Positions 29,144 to 38,255 are shown, counted from the stretch's first letter. The stretch is DNA of 47,690 nt from Bacteroidales bacterium (GCA_012523265.1 JAAYIU010000437.1:1-47690); one strand, 5' to 3'. Translations and numbers: made by a program. The notes: generated from the sequence alone by a model not told the origin.

Positions 29144-29262
29144 CGGAATGAAGAGACGCGCACCCATGCCTCTCTACTTCGTTCCGGATAACGATAACGC
29201 GGAAAAAATTATTTTCGCCAATTATTTTCATCATTTAATTTTCATCATTAAATATTGATCAC

Positions 29263-31437
29263 ATGCTTCGGTTCAAAGCTTTGGAGATTGCCTCGGCACG
29301 CCAGCCGTTGCCAGCAAATACACCTACAGGTAAGATTTCTGAATATTTTGGCATGCTCACTTTCAACGACAGCGCCATGCGCGAATATCTTACCGCTGAG
29401 GCTTATCGTCAGGTAATAGCCGCTATCGAGGAGGGTGAAAAAATTGATCGGCGTATCGCCGATCAGATAGCAGCCTCGATGCGGGCCTGGGCCATCAACA
29501 AAAACGCAACGCACTACACGCATTGGTTTCATCCACTTACTGGTACTACTGCCGAGAAACACGATGCTTTTATCAATCCCGTGGCAGGCGGCAAAGCCAT
29601 CGAAAACTTCCGTGGCAACGAACTGATGCAACAGGAACCCGATGCCTCGAGTTTCCCGAGTGGTGGCATCCGCAACACTTTCGAGGCACGGGGTTACACT
29701 GCCTGGGATCCGGCTTCACCAGCATTTATCCTCGACAGGACGTTGTGCATCCCAACCATTTTTGTGTCATATACCGGCGAGGCGCTCGATTTTAAAACGC
29801 CCATGCTTAAGGCTCTCTATGCTGTGGACAAAGCAGCCACTGAAGTGTGCCGTTATTTTGATAAAAATGTTCGTAAAGTTACTGCTACACTGGGCATTGA
29901 ACAGGAATATTTTCTGGTGGATAAAGCATTATACCACGCCCGCCCCGACCTGATGCTTACCCGACGAACTGTTTTTGGCCACGCTTCAGCCAAAGATCAG
30001 CAGCTCAGCGATCATTATTTTGGAACTATTCCCGCAAGGGTTGTGGAGTTTATGAAGGAGTTTGAAGCAGAGTGTCATAAGCTGGGTATTCCCGTCAAAA
30101 CACGTCACAACGAAGTTGCCCCAAGCCAGTTTGAGTGTGCGCCGGTACACGAAGAGGCCAGCCTGGCTGTAGATCACAACCAGCTCCTGATACATGTAAT
30201 GAAACGTGTGGGCGATCGCCACAACTTCACCGTTTTGCTGCACGAAAAACCTTATGCCGGCGTCAATGGCTCCGGCAAACACAACAACTGGTCACTGCAA
30301 ACCGATACCGGCATCAACCTGCTCTCACCAGGCAACGACAGCAAGTCAAACCTGCGTTTTCTCACTTTCTTTATCAATATTCTCAAAGCCGTTCACGATA
30401 ATGCCGACTTGATAAGAGCTGCCATTGCATCTGCTAACAACGATCATCGCTTGGGTGCCCATGAAGCTCCACCGGCTATTATGTCGGTTTTTATCGGTAC
30501 CGAACTCACCAAAGCTTTATCGCAGATAGGGAAACAAGAAAAAAAAGTGATCGACAAAGGACGCGAGTTAAATCTGAACATCCCCAAGATTCCGGAAATT
30601 TTGCTTGATAATACTGACCGCAACCGGACATCACCATTTGCCTTTACCGGCAACAAGTTCGAGTTTCGTGCCGTGGGTTCTTCGACGATCTGCGCCAAAG
30701 CCATGACGCCGCTCAATCTGATATTGGCCAACCAGTTGCAGATTTTTAAGCAGGAGGTGGATGCGCTTATCGCAAAAAAAAACCGTAAAGAAGAGGCTTT
30801 GTTACAAGTCTTACGTGGTTATGTGATAGCGTCGGCCAACATTTTGTTTGAAGGAAACTCTTACGGTGAGCCGTGGATTGAACAAGCCCGGCAGCGCGGG
30901 TTGTCAAACATCACCAGTACCCCACAGGCACTTATCAAATCCTTTACGCCACAGATGATCGCCATGTACGAAAAGCATGGCATACTTTCCCGTCCCGAAC
31001 TCGGAGCCCGTCAGGATATAAAAATGCGGAAATATACCATGCAGAATCAGATCGAGTCGCGTGTGATTTGCGATTTGGCTACCAACCACATTATCCCGGT
31101 AGCCATTCAATATCAAAATATCCTTATCGAAAATGTGAAAGGATTGCAGGGGGTGCTCGATAACAAGACCTTTGCAAAACTCTCCAAAAACCAGCTTCAG
31201 TCGATACGGGAAATTTCCGAACATATTGATGAGATAAAAGAAAAGGTGCTGATGATGACCCAGGCGCGAAAACATGCTAATACCATCGAAGATGCCACCG
31301 ATCAGGCACTGGCCTACAACTGCGATGTACTGCCCGTTTTTTCTGCCATCCGCTACCATGTCGACAAACTGGAACTGCTCATAGACGACAAGCTCTGGCC
31401 GCTGCCCAAATACCGCGAACTGCTTTTTATGAGATAG
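29263..31437 (+). CDS. glnN: glutamine synthetase type III
   Basis: 724 aa, the length and motifs of GSIII (HYTHWFHPLTG, EQEYFLVD, NEVAPSQFE, NGSGKHNNWS). Confidence 0.93.
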   Translation: MLRFKALEIASARQPLPANTPTGKISEYFGMLTFNDSAMREYLTAEAYRQVIAAIEEGEKIDRRIADQIAASMRAWAINKNATHYTHWFHPLTGTTAEKHDAFINPVAGGKAIENFRGNELMQQEPDASSFPSGGIRNTFEARGYTAWDPASPAFILDRTLCIPTIFVSYTGEALDFKTPMLKALYAVDKAATEVCRYFDKNVRKVTATLGIEQEYFLVDKALYHARPDLMLTRRTVFGHASAKDQQLSDHYFGTIPARVVEFMKEFEAECHKLGIPVKTRHNEVAPSQFECAPVHEEASLAVDHNQLLIHVMKRVGDRHNFTVLLHEKPYAGVNGSGKHNNWSLQTDTGINLLSPGNDSKSNLRFLTFFINILKAVHDNADLIRAAIASANNDHRLGAHEAPPAIMSVFIGTELTKALSQIGKQEKKVIDKGRELNLNIPKIPEILLDNTDRNRTSPFAFTGNKFEFRAVGSSTICAKAMTPLNLILANQLQIFKQEVDALIAKKNRKEEALLQVLRGYVIASANILFEGNSYGEPWIEQARQRGLSNITSTPQALIKSFTPQMIAMYEKHGILSRPELGARQDIKMRKYTMQNQIESRVICDLATNHIIPVAIQYQNILIENVKGLQGVLDNKTFAKLSKNQLQSIREISEHIDEIKEKVLMMTQARKHANTIEDATDQALAYNCDVLPVFSAIRYHVDKLELLIDDKLWPLPKYRELLFMR

Positions 31438-31545
31438 TTGGTAGAAAATGAAAAAGTAGACATTCGCCTCTCTTTAAAATTTTTAGTGTACCTCCATCAG
31501 GTGGGATTATTTACTTTTGCGTTTTATTCAGTTTTTAATTTCATT

Positions 31546-32691
31546 ATGAAAAAGCAAATCCTTCTTGTTGTAATAATTTTGGGCATACTTCAGGTTGCCA
31601 GCGGCCAGTTCAATGTTTTTCATGTTGGCGAATATAGCGGCACCCCGGCACGCAACGGCGCCATGTACGTCTTGCCCCGTACCGTGCTCAAAGTAGATGT
31701 GGTGGTGCGGGTGGCCAAAAAATACAAAGGCCCTTACAGCGAGTACGCCCGGTTTCTGGGTGTCAATGACGCGATCAACTACGACGTAGAAAATTATTAT
31801 TTGCAGGATGTAGTTGTTAATGCCATTGCCGAACCCGATCCGGCGCAGGTCTATTTTGTCGAAGCTGCCAGCCGCGATGCTAAAGATTACAAGCCTTTGC
31901 TGCTCGAAACAAATTCGCGTGGCTTCCTGATGGCTGCCGGCACTTCCGGTTCTTCGGCTCCTTCGGTTACCGACCAGGATCGTCAGGTGATTCGTCTTGA
32001 GGTGGAAGATGGCGTGGAGTTGCAGCAGATTTTTCATCCCGTTCGCAAAGTCAACACCACCGTAGATACCATCGTTCGGCGAGTAACGGTGGATACAGCC
32101 GTAGCACAGCGAAACTTTTATCGCATCAGAGCTTCTGATAAATCCACCGAAGAGATGGCGCTGGAGGCACTGCAAAAAATTGAGGAGATCCGCACTTCAC
32201 GGCTCAACCTGTTGATAGGATTCCAGGAAACAGCTTATCAGTCGGAAGCATTGAAATATATGGATGCCGGATTGCAAAAACTCGAAAATGATTACCTCGA
32301 CCTTTTCCGTGGGAAAACGGTTGAGCATCTCGAAACCCACACCTTTTATCACACACCCTCGGGCGGCGGCAATACGGTATTGTTTAAATTTTCGGAGCAG
32401 GCGGGTGTGGGGAGTGTGCGTGGTGCTACCGGAACGCCTGTGGAGCTGCAGCTCACCGCCGGTGAGGCCGGCCAAAAAGCAGCGCAATTTGCAGAGGCTC
32501 CCGTCGCCAACCGCCTGGCTTATCGTGTGCCCGGCACTGCCTGGGTGAAAGTAGTTTATAACCAGGAGGAGTTTTTTTATCAGCCCATGGCCATAACACA
32601 GTTTGGCGCCATCCGTTACCTGCCGCCGCAGCCCTTCGATGCTACTTTCGATCCCGAAACGGGAGCCTTGCGAAAACTTAGACTGGAGTAA
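31546..32691 (+). CDS. secreted hypothetical protein (DUF4831-like)
   Basis: The ATG at 31546 gives a signal peptide (MKKQILLVVIILGILQVASGQ). The YVLPRTVLKVDV motif is recalled from DUF4831 proteins. The family assignment is from memory and is not verified. Confidence 0.6.
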   Translation: MKKQILLVVIILGILQVASGQFNVFHVGEYSGTPARNGAMYVLPRTVLKVDVVVRVAKKYKGPYSEYARFLGVNDAINYDVENYYLQDVVVNAIAEPDPAQVYFVEAASRDAKDYKPLLLETNSRGFLMAAGTSGSSAPSVTDQDRQVIRLEVEDGVELQQIFHPVRKVNTTVDTIVRRVTVDTAVAQRNFYRIRASDKSTEEMALEALQKIEEIRTSRLNLLIGFQETAYQSEALKYMDAGLQKLENDYLDLFRGKTVEHLETHTFYHTPSGGGNTVLFKFSEQAGVGSVRGATGTPVELQLTAGEAGQKAAQFAEAPVANRLAYRVPGTAWVKVVYNQEEFFYQPMAITQFGAIRYLPPQPFDATFDPETGALRKLRLE

Positions 32692-32780
32692 TTTCCTTCT
32701 ACAGCAAGAGAAACAAATTCCGATGGGATAATATTATAAAATCTATCCGACAGCGATTTTGTCTGTAAATCAGCTAATTT

Positions 32781-33206
32781 TTAAAAATTGATGGTGTATC
32801 CATACCCTGTGCTTGCGGGTGGCTTAGGCTGCGGCGGCTCCTCTTTTGCTTTTTTGGTGTAGGAATAGCTGATGCCGGATTGCACCGGAAGTTTAAAAGC
32901 TATTTGTGTGCGGATAGTAGCTGTAACGCGCAGCCCACGATTCTTGGCTTTGCCATATTTCAGCATGTTTACCAGTCGCAGCGCCTCTTCGTCGCACCCA
33001 TGACCGATGCCATGCGTTACCTCGGCAAAAACCACACGTCCATTTCCATCTACCCTGAAGCGTACGTACACCCGGCCTTCAATTTTATTTTCGAGCGCCG
33101 AGGCCGGATATTGCAGATTCTTGTGAATAAACTCCCGGAAGGCCTTTTTGCCGCCGGGATATTCAGGCATATCAATAAATTTTTTCCCTTTACCACTTTC
33201 TCTCAT
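32781..33206 (-). CDS. stand-alone TonB C-terminal domain protein
   Basis: It carries a TonB_C pattern (MPEYPGGKKAFREFIHKNLQYPASALENKIEGRVYVRFRVDGNGRV). It has no TM helix and no Pro-rich linker. A -7 box only 6 nt upstream of the 33206 ATG suggests the true start may be Met13 (33170). Confidence 0.7.
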   Translation of the reverse strand: MRESGKGKKFIDMPEYPGGKKAFREFIHKNLQYPASALENKIEGRVYVRFRVDGNGRVVFAEVTHGIGHGCDEEALRLVNMLKYGKAKNRGLRVTATIRTQIAFKLPVQSGISYSYTKKAKEEPPQPKPPASTGYGYTINF

Positions 33207-33211
33207 AACTG

Positions 33212-33219
33212 CAAAAATA
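33212..33219 (-). promoter_or_regulatory. -7 promoter box (TAttTTTG) for the TonB-C gene
   Basis: The plus strand reads caaaaata. Confidence 0.35.
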
Positions 33220-33274
33220 ACGAAAATATCTTCCGGCGCAGCCTTAGCTTTTTTGGCTCCAAACAGTTTTTGAT

Positions 33275-33282
33275 TATTTTTG
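33275..33282 (+). promoter_or_regulatory. -7 promoter box (TAttTTTG) for the acyl-CoA dehydrogenase gene
   Basis: tatttttg lies 49 nt upstream of the ATG at 33331. Confidence 0.4.
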
Positions 33283-33330
33283 TTCCCTGACGCACCATGT
33301 ACTATTCACTCACCTAATAAAAATTATACT

Positions 33331-34476
33331 ATGCTTAATTTTTCAATCACTCCTGAGCAGGAAAAAATCAAAGAGAAATACCGCAATTTTGTGGAGAGCT
33401 GGGTTATTCCCAACCGGCTGAAATACGACGAGTTGGCGGAGTTTCCGTGGGATGTCGTTAAAGCTGCTTATCGCGAAGGCATCATGAACGGTCCTATGCC
33501 TGTAAAATATGGCGGCCACGACCACAGCCTGCTCGACGGTACTATTGCCAGCGAAGAGCTTGGTGCCGGCTGCATCGGCATCGGCATTAGCATTGATGCA
33601 AATACCCTGGCGCTTACGCCACTTTATCTGGCAGCCAGCGACGAGCAAAAGAACAAATATTTCGGCCTCATCAACGAAGTGCAGGGCGTGGCGGCTTACT
33701 GCCTCACCGAGCCTAATGCCGGCAGCGACGTGCAGGGCATCAAGTCCACCGCTATCCGCCATGCCGACAAGTACATCCTCAACGGGCACAAACGCTTCAT
33801 CACCAATGCCGAGGCCTCTACTTTTCTCACCGTTTTTGCCATTACCGACCCCGAAAAAGGATCGCGCAGCCTCACCGCCTTCCTGGTTCCTACCGATTCG
33901 CCGGGAGTGGAGATGAAACCCCGCCTGAAAAAAATGGGACAAAAGGCAAGCGTACAAAACGAAATTATTTTTACAGATGTAGAAATTCCCGTCGCCAACC
34001 GCATCGGCGACGAGGGGTATGGTTTTATCATTGCCATGAAAACTTTCGACCGCACCCGTACGGGTGTAGCGGCTCTGAGCTTAGGTAATGCCCGTGCTGC
34101 CTACGAAACAGCCAAAGAGTGGACCAAGAACCGCAAGCAGTTTGGCAAACCCATTGCCGCCAATCAGGCCATTGCCTTTATGCTGGCGGATATGGCTACC
34201 AAAATAGAAAATGCGCGACTGCTCACCTGGTATGCCGCCTGGGCTTACGACAACGACCCCCGTAAAATCAACAAGCTCTCGGCGATGTCCAAACTCTATG
34301 CTTCCGATATCGGGATGGAAGTTACCACCGATGCCGTTCAGGCCATGGGTGGCGATGGATATACGTGGGATTTTGCTGTGGAGAAAATGATGCGCGATGC
34401 CAAGCTCTGCCAGATTTACGAAGGCACCAACCAAATACAGCGACTGGTGATTTCAAAGGCCATCCTGAAGGAGTAG
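33331..34476 (+). CDS. acyl-CoA dehydrogenase
   Basis: 381 aa from the ATG at 33331 (MLNFSITPEQ...) with ACAD motifs (CLTEPNAGSD, GHKRFITNA, QIYEGTNQIQR). Confidence 0.92.
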   Translation: MLNFSITPEQEKIKEKYRNFVESWVIPNRLKYDELAEFPWDVVKAAYREGIMNGPMPVKYGGHDHSLLDGTIASEELGAGCIGIGISIDANTLALTPLYLAASDEQKNKYFGLINEVQGVAAYCLTEPNAGSDVQGIKSTAIRHADKYILNGHKRFITNAEASTFLTVFAITDPEKGSRSLTAFLVPTDSPGVEMKPRLKKMGQKASVQNEIIFTDVEIPVANRIGDEGYGFIIAMKTFDRTRTGVAALSLGNARAAYETAKEWTKNRKQFGKPIAANQAIAFMLADMATKIENARLLTWYAAWAYDNDPRKINKLSAMSKLYASDIGMEVTTDAVQAMGGDGYTWDFAVEKMMRDAKLCQIYEGTNQIQRLVISKAILKE

Positions 34477-34510
34477 CAAATTACCTTTTGCTCAGTGCTT
34501 CTCCGGCTCC

Positions 34511-34552
34511 GTAGCCCAGCCATTCATGGTTCGGTAGCCCAGCCATTCATGG
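34511..34552. repeat. 19-nt perfect tandem direct repeat gtagcccagccattcatgg x2
   Basis: The copies lie at 34511-34529 and 34534-34552, a period of 23. The second copy is part of the palindrome ccagccat-tc-atggctgg and contains the hypD stop codon. Confidence 0.9.
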
Positions 34553-35626
34553 CTGGCAATAGCGATAATGCGCATGGCAGGCGCCTTCGCTCGAAACCAT
34601 GCAGGCGCCCACAGGGTCTTGTGGCGTACACACGGTGCCAAAGAGTTTGCAATCAGCGGGTGATTTTACACCTTTTAAAATCTGCCCACAAATACATCCT
34701 TTGGGCTCGCGCGTGGGTTCTATCGTCACCGGAATATTTTCGGCGTCCAAATGATTGTATTTTTCCTTTAGCATTAATCCGCTGTGGTGAAGCATTCCCA
34801 GCCCGCGCCACCAGTCGTTGCGCGGTTCAAAAACTTCGGCCACAAGCTGCTGTGCCTTTTGGTTGCCTTGGGGAGGTACAGCACGCCGGTATTGAATTTC
34901 CACTTTGGGAGCTTTGTCTTCGATTTGCTGCACCAGCATATAAATGGCTTGCAGCAGGTCAAGCGGCTCGAAGCCGGAAATTACCACGCCCACTTTATAG
35001 TTTTCGGCCAGCCCGCTGTACATGCCGCTGCCGGTGATGGCGCTCACGTGTCCCGGCCCGATGTAACCGTGGATGTTAACACCTTCGTCGATGAGTGCTG
35101 CCATGGCGGGTGGCATCACCTTGTGAGAACTGAGGAAAAAGAAATTTCTGAACTGCTGCTGGTGCGCTATTTTAATGCCTGCGGCGCTTCCCGGAGTGGT
35201 GGTTTCAAAACCTATTCCCGGGAAGAGGATGCGTTTATCCGGATTTTTTTTTGCCAGCGCAATGGCGTCGAGGATGCTGTAAACAATGCGGACATCAGCG
35301 CCACGGGCTTTCTCGTTGTCGAGCGATGAGGACGATCCCGGCACACGGATCAGGTCGCCAAAAGTGGCTACGATTACATTGGGAAGCCTTGCCAGCGCTA
35401 TGGTGTGATCGATAAAGCGGCGGCTGGTGACGCACACCGGACAGCCCGGACCCGAAAGCAGCCGGATGGTTGGCGGAAGCAAAGCAGGAATACCATATTT
35501 GCGGATAGCCATGGTGTGGCCACCGCAAACTTCCATCAGGTTGACGGAGCGTGTAGAGATGGCTTTGATTTTATCAGCAAGTGCCAGCACCAGCTTCTTG
35601 TCTCTGTATTCGTCGATGTATTTCAC
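34547..35626 (-). CDS. hypD: [NiFe]-hydrogenase maturation protein HypD
   Basis: 359 aa, collinear with E. coli HypD. It has MEVCGGHT, GPGCPVCV, GFETT, PGHVS and the C-terminal Cys cluster (CICGQILKG...CKLFGTVCTP...GACMVSSEGAC). It uses a GTG start. Confidence 0.93.
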   Translation of the reverse strand: MKYIDEYRDKKLVLALADKIKAISTRSVNLMEVCGGHTMAIRKYGIPALLPPTIRLLSGPGCPVCVTSRRFIDHTIALARLPNVIVATFGDLIRVPGSSSSLDNEKARGADVRIVYSILDAIALAKKNPDKRILFPGIGFETTTPGSAAGIKIAHQQQFRNFFFLSSHKVMPPAMAALIDEGVNIHGYIGPGHVSAITGSGMYSGLAENYKVGVVISGFEPLDLLQAIYMLVQQIEDKAPKVEIQYRRAVPPQGNQKAQQLVAEVFEPRNDWWRGLGMLHHSGLMLKEKYNHLDAENIPVTIEPTREPKGCICGQILKGVKSPADCKLFGTVCTPQDPVGACMVSSEGACHAHYRYCQP

Positions 35627-35784
35627 AAGGTCATAATTTTTACAACAGTATCATTCCACGAACTATTCATAACATTTTATTTATTTTGGGCTAAAGCCCA
35701 CTATAATTTTTCTTTAGCTTTTATCCCCGGTCTAAAGGGCAGGGTTAGTGATCAGTCGCCTACAAAAAACATCTATTTTAAAAC

Positions 35785-36861
35785 TTACTCCTTCTTAATA
35801 TTCTGTTGCCGGTTAAAATAATGCAGCGGGTCGCCCCATTCACCTATCGCTACCTTACAGCCGGCGCTTTCGATGGAAACTTTAAGATTGGCCAGATGAC
35901 TTTCGGTCTCTTCGTGCAGGTTGGGTTTGTTAGCGTAAAGCTGATATCCTTCGCGGTATTTGAGTGGCGTAAGGTTGGGCATGATTACATTGGCGCCTAC
36001 AGTGAGTGCTTTTTCCCGTCCCTTTGGATGCAGCGTTTGCATGGCGGTGGTGGCGGCAATGTTGATGTCGGGCATTATGATGCGCAGCAGTGCCACCATC
36101 TTCATCGACAGCTCAAAGCGTTCGTCGGCGGGCAGCAGCAGATGGCGATATTTATACAAATGAGTTTCCTCGTGTTCGATGTAGGGTCCCATGCCTACCA
36201 TGTCGATGTTGTGGTTCCGGATGAAAAGCAGGTCGTCGGCAAGATGGCTGATGGTTTGAAAAGGCAGCCCAATCATCACGCCAGTACCGGTTTGATAATC
36301 GCAATACTGCAAAAGCTTCAGGGCGTCGAGACGTTTGTCGAAGCTGTGCAACGAATCGTTGGGATGCATTTTTTGGTACAGCTCGCGGTTGGATGTTTCG
36401 ATGCGCAGCAAATAACGATGTGCTCCGTTGCGGCGCCAGAGTTTTAAAGTTTCTGCAGTTTGCTCGCCCAGCGACAGCGTTACGTGGAGTTCGCCATGCG
36501 TCGCGTTGCGTATCTGCGAAAGCAAAAAGGCAATTTTTTCTACAAATATTTTATCGTTACGCTCGCCCGACTGAAGCACCAATGAGCCAAAGTTGTTGCG
36601 ATGTGCCAGTAAAGCAGCTTCCAGCACTTCATCATCGGTGAGGGTGTAGCGTTTTACGTTTTTATTGCCGCGCCGCACGCCACAGTAAAAGCAGTTTTTC
36701 GTGCAGCGATTCGAATATTCGATCAGCCCGCGGTAATACACGTTGTTGCCCACCACTTGCTCTTTTGTCTGCTTTGCCTGCCGGTACAACTCTTCCAGTT
36801 CGGTACCCTGGCTCATCAAGAGCCGGGAAAGATTATCGTTATTAAAATTATCTAATGTCAT
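35785..36861 (-). CDS. hydE: [FeFe]-hydrogenase H-cluster radical SAM maturase HydE
   Basis: 358 aa, collinear with Thermotoga HydE. It has IEYSNRCTKNCFYCGVRRGNKNVKRY (CX3CX2C), HRYLLRIETSN, GVMIGLPFQT and GANVIMPNLTP. Confidence 0.9.
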   Translation of the reverse strand: MTLDNFNNDNLSRLLMSQGTELEELYRQAKQTKEQVVGNNVYYRGLIEYSNRCTKNCFYCGVRRGNKNVKRYTLTDDEVLEAALLAHRNNFGSLVLQSGERNDKIFVEKIAFLLSQIRNATHGELHVTLSLGEQTAETLKLWRRNGAHRYLLRIETSNRELYQKMHPNDSLHSFDKRLDALKLLQYCDYQTGTGVMIGLPFQTISHLADDLLFIRNHNIDMVGMGPYIEHEETHLYKYRHLLLPADERFELSMKMVALLRIIMPDINIAATTAMQTLHPKGREKALTVGANVIMPNLTPLKYREGYQLYANKPNLHEETESHLANLKVSIESAGCKVAIGEWGDPLHYFNRQQNIKKE

Positions 36862-36906
36862 GGGTTTTTTAATAAAATCCTTTCTGCTGGTGGTCTGCAG
36901 AGACGA

Positions 36907-38121
36907 TTATGCTTTATAAATTTTTAAAAAAGGAGCAACGGAGCGCTCGTAAATTCCGTGTAGCCAGGCGATGGCCATGCCGTAATTGGTTACCGGAATG
37001 CCTGCTTCCACAGCAGGTTGCAGGCGGCTGGCGATTTGCTTGCGGGTGATCATGCAGCCGCCGCATTGCACCACCAGGGCATAGTTATGGATGTCGCGCG
37101 GCAGATTGTCGAGGCCTGCAACGATGTCGAAATCCAGGTTTTTCCCCGTTTGTTTTCTCATCCAGCTGGGGATTTTCACCCTTCCGATGTCGTCGCAGGA
37201 AACATGATGCGTGCACGATTCAAGAATCAATACCCGGTCGCCATCCTTGAGGTCGCCAATTTTGGGTGTGCCTTTCAGATAATTGCCGAAGTCGCCCTTG
37301 TGATGCGCCAGCATGATGCTGAAGCTGGTGAGCGGAATGCTGCGCGGGATGATCTTGCTCACCATGCCAAATGCCTGGCTGTCGGTGATGGCGAGCGTGG
37401 GTTGTGGTTTGGCGCGTTTCAGATAATGCGCCAACTGGCTTTCGCGAAGAAGAATTGCCACGGCATAATTGTCGAGAATGTCGCGCACGGCCTGCATCTG
37501 CGGCAATATCATGCGTCCTTCGGGTGCCGCCGTGTCGATGGGCGTCACCAGCAGCACTATGTCGTTGGGAGCAAGCAGCTCGCCCAGCATCGACTTGGTT
37601 TTGTATGCCGATTCAGGTACCAGCCGTTGCAGAGTTTTTATCACTTCCGGCAGGGCGCTGGGTTGCAGGGTGCTAAAGTCGATAATAGTGTATGGCTCGG
37701 TAGCCGTAATCTTTTCGTGCGCTATTTCCGATAGTGGCTCCAGATCACTTTTGTTGTGAATGATAAAGAAAGGTATGTCGAAAGATTTGAATTCATCAAT
37801 CAAATTTTTTTCGTAGCCGCCAAACATGTTGTTGGTAATGACAAGAATCGCCAAATCGATGGTCTTGATGATGGCACGGGTGCGGGCAATGCGTTTGTTG
37901 CCCAGATCGCCGGTATCGTCGATGCCGGCAGTATCCACCAACACTGATGCGCCGATGCCGGGAATCTCAATCGACTTTTTCACCGGATCGGTGGTAGTGC
38001 CTGGCGTCTCGCTTACAATGGCCACTTCCTGCCCGGCCAGCGCATTGATGATGGAGCTTTTGCCATTGTTGCGTCGTCCGAAAATCCCGATGTGGGGTTT
38101 GGCATCTTTTCCTTTGGTCAT
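36907..38121 (-). CDS. hydF: [FeFe]-hydrogenase maturation GTPase HydF
   Basis: 404 aa with a P-loop (GRRNNGKSS), DTAG, NKSD and a C-terminal cluster motif C303-T-H305...(46 aa)...Q352-C353-G-G-C356. Confidence 0.9.
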   Translation of the reverse strand: MTKGKDAKPHIGIFGRRNNGKSSIINALAGQEVAIVSETPGTTTDPVKKSIEIPGIGASVLVDTAGIDDTGDLGNKRIARTRAIIKTIDLAILVITNNMFGGYEKNLIDEFKSFDIPFFIIHNKSDLEPLSEIAHEKITATEPYTIIDFSTLQPSALPEVIKTLQRLVPESAYKTKSMLGELLAPNDIVLLVTPIDTAAPEGRMILPQMQAVRDILDNYAVAILLRESQLAHYLKRAKPQPTLAITDSQAFGMVSKIIPRSIPLTSFSIMLAHHKGDFGNYLKGTPKIGDLKDGDRVLILESCTHHVSCDDIGRVKIPSWMRKQTGKNLDFDIVAGLDNLPRDIHNYALVVQCGGCMITRKQIASRLQPAVEAGIPVTNYGMAIAWLHGIYERSVAPFLKIYKA

Positions 38122-38194
38122 GGTTGGTTCTTCTATTATTTTTTTAAATAATTTACAGCTTTTAGCGGGCTTTCTTTAACTTTTCATATTTTAG

Positions 38195-38202
38195 CAAAAT
38201 TA
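38195..38202 (-). promoter_or_regulatory. -7 promoter box (TAatTTTG) for hydF
   Basis: The plus strand reads caaaatta. It lies 74 nt upstream of the hydF ATG. Confidence 0.35.
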
Positions 38203-38247
38203 CAGAAAACCACACGGTGGTTAGCCGCTTACTTTTTTACTAACCTT

Positions 38248-38255
38248 TATTTTTG
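38248..38255 (+). promoter_or_regulatory. -7 promoter box (TAttTTTG) for the S8 peptidase gene
   Basis: tatttttg lies 36 nt upstream of the ATG at 38292. Confidence 0.45.

Noticed and set aside
30773-30782. An A9 homopolymer lies inside glnN and a T9 homopolymer inside hypD (35244-35252). I considered them as possible phase-variation or slippage sites.
   Set aside because: Both genes are intact and in frame. The runs encode Lys-rich surface segments and have no functional precedent, unlike the dnaX run, which sits at a position with known precedent.
35687-35740. ctaaag/ctttag motifs (tgggctaaagccca, ctttagc, ggtctaaagggc) lie in the hydE-hypD spacer. I considered them as a regulatory element.
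   Set aside because: These are only 5-6-bp stems with no U-run, and I cannot show that they recur. I note them as possibly belonging to the same kind of short repeat debris seen elsewhere.
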